Positions 10,201-21,400 of a stretch of DNA of 64,000 bases are shown here, in pieces. Position 1 is the stretch's first letter; each line of letters begins with the position of its first letter. The stretch covers positions 869,706 to 933,705 of the forward strand of contig JBLDXI010000064.1 in NCBI GenBank assembly GCA_047495785.1, in the 5' to 3' direction. The translations under genes were made by a program, and so were the position numbers. The DNA comes from Lepidodermella squamata (lineage: Eukaryota > Animalia > Gastrotricha). The notes below the pieces were generated by a model that had not been told where the DNA came from, did no database searches, and was given only the letters and a program-made list of their open reading frames with translations.

Positions 10201-11293
10201 CTGCCGGGCCGTCCGGCGCCACGAACGGTGCGTGGACCCGCTTACCAGCCGCCGCTACGTACGCCTCACTCGCCTCCTGCACGTCCTACGCCCCGTCGGC
10301 GTACAAACGATGCACCCGCCGTGCAACAGGTCAGCCATTTTTCATCATTCAAGCGTACACCTGCGTTATTCAGAGCAGCAGAAATCCGCTGTTTAAACTC
10401 AGATTTTGAGTTGGATGAGCCTCGTTTTCACTGACGAAATCTCGGGGTTTTCAAAGATTTGATATCAAGGGGAGCAGGGAAAGGTTCAATACAAAGCGCG
10501 AAGTACCGTCAGGGATAGTATGGATCACTTAAGGGGAAGGGGGAGGGGCATTCTATTGATTTTCGTTATCGTCGCCAGTTCTGCTGTCCTAGTTCACTCT
10601 CTGGTTCAGAAGATAGCATCATACGTCTGAAAATCATTCAAAATCATCGCCATGAGGCTGTCTCGGAAATATTCTAGTGGAAATGTTCTTGAAAATCGCC
10701 TTTTCTTATTCTAATAAATACCTACAGTTCGACATTTGAACGTTAGATATCAAGGAGAATTACAAAGCCTTGAAAACACATCTCACGTTTCTATCTACGT
10801 GTATTGACACTAGGTACGATCACGTGCCGTCCGGACGTGGCCGACTGCTGGTCGCCGACTGACCAGACGCTGCGCGAGTACTCGGTGACCGGGGCGACGT
10901 ACGCTTCGACGACGCTGTGCACGGCTGTCGTCGAGTACTACTACTGCTACGACACGGCGAATCCGACGACGGTGACGTGCCGCGACGCGAGCATCGGCTG
11001 CGGCACGCTCAAGCCCCTGCGCGACTTCTCGTCCAACGTCGCCAACATCCGCGTGTTCTCCGACCAATCGTCGTGCCTCGCCTACAACCCCGGCACGTGG
11101 TACAAGTGCACGGTCAACGGCGTCACCGTGTGCCGCCCGCTCAACGCCGAGATGGACTACACCGCGCCCACCACCTCCGTCAAGTGCCTCGCCACTGAAA
11201 CCGTGAGTGACATCTCAACTTCTTAAGGTTTTAATTTAGTTTGCTTTTTTCCAGGCAAGCGCTTCATCGTACTCAACATCGGCGTGCACTTAG
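7214..11293 (+). CDS. Secreted Cys/Thr/Ser/Tyr-rich tandem-repeat protein, 701 aa, 16 exons, 13 four-cysteine modules; unknown family
   Basis: Manually spliced exons: 7214-7309, 7379-7486, 7757-7943, 8003-8178, 8367-8519, 8577-8720, 9103-9249, 9312-9407, 9471-9527, 9578-9661, 9718-9783, 9844-9951, 10014-10070, 10131-10329, 10814-11202, 11255-11293; total 2106 nt. All introns are GT-AG and phase-consistent, with no internal stop. N-terminus MALRFVSSTLAVLVVAVMPIARVNA is signal-like; the protein ends ...SASSYSTSACT*. Confidence 0.88.
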
Positions 11294-11458
11294 TGCTAGC
11301 TGTTGGCTTCAACGATTCGGCAAGACTTTTGAATCCAAGCAATGTGGCCGGTGTTTAATATTCCGCATTTTAGTTGATTTAGATTATGTCGCAGGAGTGT
11401 CTTCTCTATTTTTTATTTCCACGGATTTTGAGCGATTAACGAGTTTACTTCTTGTTGA

Positions 11459-11464
11459 AATAAA
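11459..11464 (+). terminator. Polyadenylation signal of the 13-module gene
   Basis: First AATAAA after the stop at 11293. Confidence 0.55.
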
Positions 11465-12497
11465 AGTAACTAAATGTTCATGAAAAACGCTTTCAAGCAA
11501 CGAAAAACATCCAAAAAAGCTACTATTGCAATCGGCATGTATCATATAGGCGAGTAACTAGTTCCAACACTTTGTTATGAATGTAGTTTTGGGTTTAGGG
11601 ATCAAACACGTCTTTTGGGGGAAGCAAAGCCTGTCTCCCTTAATGAAAAATGTGGCAGCCTAAAGTAATCAGAAGTTCACTTCGATAGTTTTACGCGGCT
11701 ATAATGCGCAGACGTGGAAGAAAAAAATTCTATACAGAGTACTGCGCGCGCACTACATACACCATGCTCATAGCTTATTACATGCTATGTAGCATAATAA
11801 ATGCTCCGGAGAAATGACCAAGGAGAAATGAAATGGTCATTCCATATTCTTTGTGAAGGAATAATCTCCGATTCACATAAGGGACAACTGTCCTGCGATA
11901 TTCAATGGGCTGATGAATGATAAATCAATTTGTCTCCTCAAGAAACCTCAAGAAAATCGCAGTTGGAAGTTAGATGGAAGTTGGTTTTATTGATTTTGAA
12001 ATTGTTCACGAGAATCATCGAAAGGATTTCAAATTGCAAGTCTTAATTAGAAGGTTTAGCGTCAATGATACATGCAGCAGGTTTGTCGGCTACTTCCTCG
12101 AAAGCCATGAGAATGAGATCTTTCTTGAGGCTTGATTCGATCGGCAATCGCTTTTCGTATTTGTGAACAAGTTGACAAGGAAATAAAATCACGTCTTTGT
12201 TACAGCGCTTGGCGACGAAAGTATGAAAGGCCAATAAGTCGAAAGCTTTTTGGTTTGAAGATAATTAGTTTAGTCTTTCTCGTATCTGAACCTACATGGC
12301 TCCGACGATTTTACTTCGTTTTTCTGTTCGTCCTGCAAATAATGAGCGAACTTTGGGGACTTGTCAAAGCTGTAGAAACTGGAAAATTGCATCTCAGTTA
12401 TGCAGTATGGCTTCACTTTCGAGCGGTTTGGTGTTTCTGCGCCGTATACTTCGAGTCTCAGCTGCATAGCTGGCTGTTTTGCTGTTTTGGCTAATAT

Positions 12498-15400
12498 GGC
12501 TGGCAGCGAAATATCGGTCATCCGAAATGTTAGCGAATCGCCTGCAAACGAGTTTGCCCGTGTTGCCACTATCAAATGAAGCAAGAATATGCGTGATTTG
12601 CCTGGGTACAGCACGATTCCGCATAGCTGCGATGCGTACAAGGGTTGGAAACAGCGTTACAGCCTGTTTGGGCTGGCAGCGAAATATCGGTCATCCGAAA
12701 TGTTAGCGAATCGCCTGCAAACGTGTTTGCCCGTGTTGCCACTATCAAATGAAGCAAGAATATGCGTGATTTGCCTGGGTACAGCACGATTCCGCATAGC
12801 TGCGATGCGTACAAGGGTTGGAAACAGCGTTCCAGCCTGTTTTGGCTGGCAGCGAAATATCGGTCATCCGAAATGTTAGCGAATCGCCTGCAAACGAGTT
12901 TGCCCGTGTTGCCACTATCAAATGAAGCAAGAATATGCGTGATTTGCCTGGGTTCAGCACGATTCCGCATAGCTGCGATGCGTACAAGGGTTGAAAACAG
13001 CGTTACAGCCTGTTTTGGCTGGCAGCGAAATATCGGTCATCCGAAATGTTAGCGAATCGCCTGCAAACGAGTTTGCCCGTGTTGCCATTATCAAATGAAG
13101 CAAGAATATGCGTGATTTACCTGGGTTCAGCACGATTCCGCATAGCTGCGATGCGTACAAGGGTTGGAAACAGCGTTCCAGCCTGTTTTGGCTGGCAGCG
13201 AAATATCGGTCATCCGAAATGTTAGCGAATCGCCTGCAAACGAGTTTGCCCGTGTTGCCACTATCAAATGAAGCAAGAATATGCGTGATTTGCCTGGGTA
13301 CAGCACGATTCCGCATAGCTGCGATGCGTACAAGGGTTGGAAACAGCGTTACAGCCTGTTTGGGCTGGCAGCGAAATATCGGTCATCCGAAATGTTAGCG
13401 AATCGCCTGCAAACGTGTTTGCCCGTGTTGCCACTATCAAATGAAGCAAGAATATGCGTGATTTGCCTGGGTTCAGCACGATTCCGCATAGCTGCGATGC
13501 GTACAAGGGTTGGAAACAGCGTTCCAGCCTGTTTTGGCTGGCAGCGAAATATCGGTCATCCGAAATGTTGGCGAATCGCCTGCAAACGAGTTTGCCCGTG
13601 TTGCCACTATCAAATGAAGCAAGAATATGCGTGATTTGCCTGGGTTCAGCACGATTCCGCATAGCTGCGATGCGTACAAGGGTTGAAAACAGCGTTACAG
13701 CCTGTTTTGGCTGGCAGCGAAATATCGGTCATCCGAAATGTTAGCGAATCGCCTGCAAACGAGTTTGCCCGTGTTGCCACTATCAAATGAAGCAAGAATA
13801 TGCGTGATTTGCCTGGGTTCAGCACGATTCCGCATAGCTGCGATGCGTACAAGGGTTGGAAACAGCGTTACAGCCTGTTTTGGCTGGCAGCGAAATATCG
13901 GTCATCCGAAATGTTAGCGAATCGCCTGCAAACGAGTTTGCCCGTGTTGCCATTATCAAATGAAGCAAGAATATGCGTGATTTACCTGGGTTCAGCACGA
14001 TTCCGCATAGCTGCGATGCGTACAAGGGTTGGAAACAGCGTTCCAGCCTGTTTTGGCTGGCAGCGAAATATCGGTCATCCGAAATGTTAGCGAATCGCCT
14101 GCAAACGAGTTTGCCCGTGTTGCCACTATCAAATGAAGCAAGAATATGCGTGATTTGCCTGGGTTCAGCACGATTCCGCATAGCTGCGATGCGTACAAGG
14201 GTTGAAAACAGCGTTACAGCCTGTTTTGGCTGGCAGCGAAATATCGGTCATCCGAAATGTTAGCGAATCGCCTGCAAACGAGTTTGCCCGTGTTGCCATT
14301 ATCAAATGAAGCAAGAATATGCGTGATTTACCTGGGTTCAGCACGATTCCGCATAGCTGCGATGCGTACAAGGGTTGGAAACAGCGTTCCAGCCTGTTTT
14401 GGCTGGCAGCGAAATATCGGTCATCCGAAATGTTAGCGAATCGCCTGCAAACGAGTTTGCCCGTGTTGCCACTATCAAATGAAGCAAGAATATGCGTGAT
14501 TTGCCTGGGTTCAGCACGATTCCGCATAGCTGCGATGCGTACAAGGGTTGGAAACAGCGTTCCAGCCTGTTTTGGCTGGCAGCGAAATATCGGTCATCCG
14601 AAATGTTAGCGAATCGCCTGCAAACGAGTTTGCCCGTGTTGCCATTATCAAATGAAGCAAGAATATGCGTGATTTACCTGGGTTCAGCACGATTCCGCAT
14701 AGCTGCGATGCGTACAAGGGTTGGAAACAGCGTTCCAGCCTGTTTTGGCTGGCAGCGAAATATCGGTCATCCGAAATGTTAGCGAATCGCCTGCAAACGA
14801 GTTTGCCCGTGTTGCCACTATCAAATGAAGCAAGAATATGCGTGATTTGCCTGGGTACAGCACGATTCCGCATAGCTGCGATGCGTACAAGGGTTGAAAA
14901 CAGCGTTACAGCCTGTTTTGGCTGGCAGCGAAATATCGGTCATCCGAAATGTTAGCGAATCGCCTGCAAACGAGTTTGCCCGTGTTGCCACTATCAAATG
15001 AAGCAAGAATATGCGTGATTTGCCTGGGTACAGCACGATTCCGCATAGCTGCGATGCGTACAAGGGTTGGAAACAGCGTTACAGCCTGTTTGGGCTGGCA
15101 GCGAAATATCGGTCATCCGAAATGTTAGCGAATCGCCTGCAAACGTGTTTGCCCGTGTTGCCACTATCAAATGAAGCAAGAATATGCGTGATTTGCCTGG
15201 GTACAGCACGATTCCGCATAGCTGCGATGCGTACAAGGGTTGGAAACAGCGTTCCAGCCTGTTTTGGCTGGCAGCGAAATATCGGTCATCCGAAATGTTA
15301 GCGAATCGCCTGCAAACGAGTTTGCCCGTGTTGCCACTATCAAATGAAGCAAGAATATGCGTGATTTGCCTGGGTTCAGCACGATTCCGCATAGCTGCGA

Positions 15401-18400
15401 TGCGTACAAGGGTTGAAAACAGCGTTACAGCCTGTTTTGGCTGGCAGCGAAATATCGGTCATCCGAAATGTTAGCAAATCGCCTGCAAACGAGTTTGCCC
15501 GTGTTGCCACTATCAAATGAAGCAAGAATATGCGTGATTTGCCTGGGTACAGCACGATTCCGCATAGCTGCGATGCGTACAAGGGTTGGAAACAGCGTTA
15601 CAGCCTGTTTGGGCTGGCAGCGAAATATCGGTCATCCGAAATGTTAGCGAATCGCCTGCAAACGAGTTTGCCCGTGTTGCCACTATCAAATGAAGCAAGA
15701 ATATGCGTGATTTGCCTGGGTTCAGCACGATTCCGCATAGCTGCGATGCGTACAAGGGTTGGAAACAGCGTTCCAGCCTGTTTTGGCTGGCAGCGAAATA
15801 TCGGTCATCCGAAATGTTAGCGAATCGCCTGCAAACGAGTTTGCCCGTGTTGCCACTATCAAATGAAGCAAGAATATGCGTGATTTGCCTGGGTACAGCA
15901 CGATTCCGCATAGCTGCGATGCGTACAAGGGTTGAAAACAGCGTTACAGCCTGTTTTGGCTGGCAGCGAAATATCGGTCATCCGAAATGTTAGCGAATCG
16001 CCTGCAAACGAGTTTGCCCGTGTTGCCACTATCAAATGAAGCAAGAATATGCGTGATTTGCCTGGGTACAGCACGATTCCGCATAGCTGCGATGCGTACA
16101 AGGGTTGGAAACAGCGTTACAGCCTGTTTGGGCTGGCAGCGAAATATCGGTCATCCGAAATGTTAGCGAATCGCCTGCAAACGTGTTTGCCCGTGTTGCC
16201 ACTATCAAATGAAGCAAGAATATGCGTGATTTGCCTGGGTACAGCACGATTCCGCATAGCTGCGATGCGTACAAGGGTTGGAAACAGCGTTCCAGCCTGT
16301 TTTGGCTGGCAGCGAAATATCGGTCATCCGAAATGTTAGCGAATCGCCTGCAAACGAGTTTGCCCGTGTTGCCACTATCAAATGAAGCAAGAATATGCGT
16401 GATTTACCTGGGTTCAGCACGATTCCGCATAGCTGCGATGCGTACAAGGGTTGGAAACAGCGTTCCAGCCTGTTTTGGCTGGCAGCGAAATATCGGTCAT
16501 CCGAAATGTTGGCGAATCGCCTGCAAACGAGTTTGCCCGTGTTGCCACTATCAAATGAAGCAAGAATATGCGTGATTTGCCTGGGTTCAGCACGATTCCG
16601 CATAGCTGCGATGCGTACAAGGGTTGAAAACAGCGTTACAGCCTGTTTTGGCTGGCAGCGAAATATCGGTCATCCGAAATGTTAGCGAATCGCCTGCAAA
16701 CGAGTTTGCCCGTGTTGCCACTATCAAATGAAGCAAGAATATGCGTGATTTGCCTGGGTACAGCACGATTCCGCATAGCTGCGATGCGTACAAGGGTTGG
16801 AAACAGCGTTACAGCCTGTTTGGGCTGGCAGCGAAATATCGGTCATCCGAAATGTTAGCGAATCGCCTGCAAACGAGTTTGCCCGTGTTGCCACTATCAA
16901 ATGAAGCAAGAATATGCGTGATTTACCTGGGTTCAGCACGATTCCGCATAGCTGCGATGCGTACAAGGGTTGGAAACAGCGTTCCAGCCTGTTTTGGCTG
17001 GCAGCGAAATATCGGTCATCCGAAATGTTGGCGAATCGCCTGCAAACGAGTTTGCCCGTGTTGCCACTATCAAATGAAGCAAGAATATGCGTGATTTGCC
17101 TGGGTTCAGCACGATTCCGCATAGCTGCGATGCGTACAAGGGTTGAAAACAGCGTTACAGCCTGTTTTGGCTGGCAGCGAAATATCGGTCATCCGAAATG
17201 TTAGCGAATCGCCTGCAAACGAGTTTGCCCGTGTTGCCACTATCAAATGAAGCAAGAATATGCGTGATTTGCCTGGGTACAGCACGATTCCGCATAGCTG
17301 CGATGCGTACAAGGGTTGGAAACAGCGTTACAGCCTGTTTGGGCTGGCAGCGAAATATCGGTCATCCGAAATGTTAGCGAATCGCCTGCAAACGTGTTTG
17401 CCCGTGTTGCCACTATCAAATGAAGCAAGAATATGCGTGATTTGCCTGGGTACAGCACGATTCCGCATAGCTGCGATGCGTACAAGGGTTGGAAACAGCG
17501 TTCCAGCCTGTTTGGGCTGGCAGCGAAATATCGGTCATCCGAAATGTTAGCGAATCGCCTGCAAACGAGTTTGCCCGTGTTGCCACTATCAAATGAAGCA
17601 AGAATATGCGTGATTTGCCTGGGTTCAGCACGATTCCGCATAGCTGCGATGCGTACAAGGGTTGAAAACAGCGTTCCAGCCTGTTTTGGCTGGCAGCGAA
17701 ATATCGGTCATCCGAAATGTTAGCGAATCGCCTGCAAACGAGTTTGCCCGTGTTGCCATTATCAAATGAAGCAAGAATATGCGTGATTTACCTGGGTTCA
17801 GCACGATTCCGCATAGCTGCGATGCGTACAAGGGTTGGAAACAGCGTTCCAGCCTGTTTTGGCTGGCAGCGAAATATCGGTCATCCGAAATGTTAGCGAA
17901 TCGCCTGCAAACGAGTTTGCCCGTGTTGCCACTATCAAATGAAGCAAGAATATGCGTGATTTGCCTGGGTACAGCACGATTCCGCATAGCTGCGATGCGT
18001 ACAAGGGTTGAAAACAGCGTTACAGCCTGTTTTGGCTGGCAGCGAAATATCGGTCATCCGAAATGTTAGCGAATCGCCTGCAAACGAGTTTGCCCGTGTT
18101 GCCACTATCAAATAAAGCAAGAATATGCGTGATTTGCCTGGGTACAGCACGATTCCGCATAGCTGCGATGCGTACAAGGGTTGGAAACAGCGTTACAGCC
18201 TGTTTGGGCTGGCAGCGAAATATCGGTCATCCGAAATGTTAGCGAATCGCCTGCAAACGTGTTTGCCCGTGTTGCCACTATCAAATGAAGCAAGAATATG
18301 CGTGATTTGCCTGGGTACAGCACGATTCTGCATAGCTGCGATGCGTACAAGGGTTGGAAACAGCGTTCCAGCCTGTTTTGGCTGGCAGCGAAATATCGGT

Positions 18401-21400
18401 CATCCGAAATGTTAGCGAATCGCCTGCAAACGAGTTTGCCCGTGTTGCCACTATCAAATGAAGCAAGAATATGCGTGATTTGCCTGGGTTCAGCACGATT
18501 CCGCATAGCTGCGATGCGTACAAGGGTTGAAAACAGCGTTACAGCCTGTTTTGGCTGGCAGCGAAATATCGGTCATCCGAAATGTTAGCGAATCGCCTGC
18601 AAACGAGTTTGCCCGTGTTGCCATTATCAAATGAAGCAAGAATATGCGTGATTTACCTGGGTTCAGCACGATTCCGCATAGCTGCGATGCGTACAAGGGT
18701 TGGAAACAGCGTTCCAGCCTGTTTTGGCTGGCAGCGAAATATCGGTCATCCGAAATGTTAGCGAATCGCCTGCAAACGAGTTTGCCCGTGTTGCCACTAT
18801 CAAATGAAGCAAGAATATGCGTGATTTGCCTGGGTACAGCACGATTCCGCATAGCTGCGATGCGTACAAGGGTTGGAAACAGCGTTACAGCCTGTTTTGG
18901 CTGGCAGCGAAATATCGGTCATCTGAAATGTTAGCGAATCGCCTGCAAACGAGTTTCCCCGTGTTGCCACTATCAAATGAAGCAAGAATATGCGTGATTT
19001 GCCTGGGTTCAGCACGATTCCGCATAGCTGCGATGCGTACAAGGGTTGAAAACAGCGTTCCAGCCTGTTTTGGCTGGCAGCGAAATATCGGTCATCCGAA
19101 ATGTTAGCGAATCGCCTGCAAACGTGTTTGCCCGTGTTGCCACTATCAAATGAAGCAAGAATATGCGTGATTTGCCTGGGTTCAGCACGATTCCGCATAG
19201 CTGCGATGCGTACAAGGGTTGGAAACAGCGTTCCAGCCTGTTTTGGCTGGCAGCGAAATATCGGTCATCCGAAATGTTAGCGAATCGCCTGCAAACGTGT
19301 TTGCCCGTGTTGCCACTATCAAATGAAGCAAGAATATGCGTGATTTGCCTGGGTTCAGCACGATTCCGCATAGCTGCGATGCGTACAAGGGTTTGAAACA
19401 GCGTTACAGCCTGTTTTGGCTGGCAGCGAAATATCGGTCATCCGAAATGTTAGCAAATCGCCTGCAAACGAGTTTGCCCGTGTTGCCACTATCAAATGAA
19501 GCAAGAATATGCGTGATTTGCCTGGGTACAGCACGATTCCGCATAGCTGCGATGCGTACAAGGGTTGGAAACAGCGTTACAGCCTGTTTGGGCTGGCAGC
19601 GAAATATCGGTCATCCGAAATGTTAGCGAATCGCCTGCAAACGAGTTTGCCCGTGTTGCCACTATCAAATGAAGCAAGAATATGCGTGATTTGCCTGGGT
19701 TCAGCACGATTCCGCATAGCTGCGATGCGTACAAGGGTTGGAAACAGCGTTCCAGCCTGTTTTGGCTGGCAGCGAAATATCGGTCATCCGAAATGTTAGC
19801 GAATCGCCTGCAAACGAGTTTGCCCGTGTTGCCACTATCAAATGAAGCAAGAATATGCGTGATTTGCCTGGGTACAGCACGATTCCGCATAGCTGCGATG
19901 CGTACAAGGGTTGAAAACAGCGTTACAGCCTGTTTTGGCTGGCAGCGAAATATCGGTCATCCGAAATGTTAGCGAATCGCCTGCAAACGAGTTTGCCCGT
20001 GTTGCCACTATCAAATGAAGCAAGAATATGCGTGATTTGCCTGGGTACAGCACGATTCCGCATAGCTGCGATGCGTACAAGGGTTGGAAACAGCGTTACA
20101 GCCTGTTTGGGCTGGCAGCGAAATATCGGTCATCCGAAATGTTAGCGAATCGCCTGCAAACGTGTTTGCCCGTGTTGCCACTATCAAATGAAGCAAGAAT
20201 ATGCGTGATTTGCCTGGGTACAGCACGATTCCGCATAGCTGCGATGCGTACAAGGGTTGGAAACAGCGTTCCAGCCTGTTTTGGCTGGCAGCGAAATATC
20301 GGTCATCCGAAATGTTAGCGAATCGCCTGCAAACGAGTTTGCCCGTGTTGCCACTATCAAATGAAGCAAGAATATGCGTGATTTACCTGGGTTCAGCACG
20401 ATTCCGCATAGCTGCGATGCGTACAAGGGTTGGAAACAGCGTTCCAGCCTGTTTTGGCTGGCAGCGAAATATCGGTCATCCGAAATGTTGGCGAATCGCC
20501 TGCAAACGAGTTTGCCCGTGTTGCCACTATCAAATGAAGCAAGAATATGCGTGATTTGCCTGGGTTCAGCACGATTCCGCATAGCTGCGATGCGTACAAG
20601 GGTTGAAAACAGCGTTACAGCCTGTTTTGGCTGGCAGCGAAATATCGGTCATCCGAAATGTTAGCGAATCGCCTGCAAACGAGTTTGCCCGTGTTGCCAC
20701 TATCAAATGAAGCAAGAATATGCGTGATTTGCCTGGGTACAGCACGATTCCGCATAGCTGCGATGCGTACAAGGGTTGGAAACAGCGTTACAGCCTGTTT
20801 GGGCTGGCAGCGAAATATCGGTCATCCGAAATGTTAGCGAATCGCCTGCAAACGAGTTTGCCCGTGTTGCCACTATCAAATGAAGCAAGAATATGCGTGA
20901 TTTACCTGGGTTCAGCACGATTCCGCATAGCTGCGATGCGTACAAGGGTTGGAAACAGCGTTCCAGCCTGTTTTGGCTGGCAGCGAAATATCGGTCATCC
21001 GAAATGTTGGCGAATCGCCTGCAAACGAGTTTGCCCGTGTTGCCACTATCAAATGAAGCAAGAATATGCGTGATTTGCCTGGGTTCAGCACGATTCCGCA
21101 TAGCTGCGATGCGTACAAGGGTTGAAAACAGCGTTACAGCCTGTTTTGGCTGGCAGCGAAATATCGGTCATCCGAAATGTTAGCGAATCGCCTGCAAACG
21201 AGTTTGCCCGTGTTGCCACTATCAAATGAAGCAAGAATATGCGTGATTTGCCTGGGTACAGCACGATTCCGCATAGCTGCGATGCGTACAAGGGTTGGAA
21301 ACAGCGTTACAGCCTGTTTGGGCTGGCAGCGAAATATCGGTCATCCGAAATGTTAGCGAATCGCCTGCAAACGTGTTTGCCCGTGTTGCCACTATCAAAT

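Noticed and set aside
10533-10548. G-run cluster in the intron at 10330-10813 as a G-quadruplex
   Set aside because: Only three closely spaced G-tracts; unremarkable.
12043-12490. Two adjacent minus-strand open frames next to the array, as a possible gene or transposon relic
   Set aside because: Short, AT-rich, no recognisable motif, and no convincing splice or start signals.
12505-12540. CENP-B box
   Set aside because: TTCG-GATG-A-CC-GATA on the minus strand lacks the required CGGG.
12498-12670. Hammerhead ribozyme in the monomer, as in newt or schistosome satellites
   Set aside because: The closest match is CGGATGA/CAGATGA on the minus strand rather than CTGANGA, with no properly placed GAAA core.
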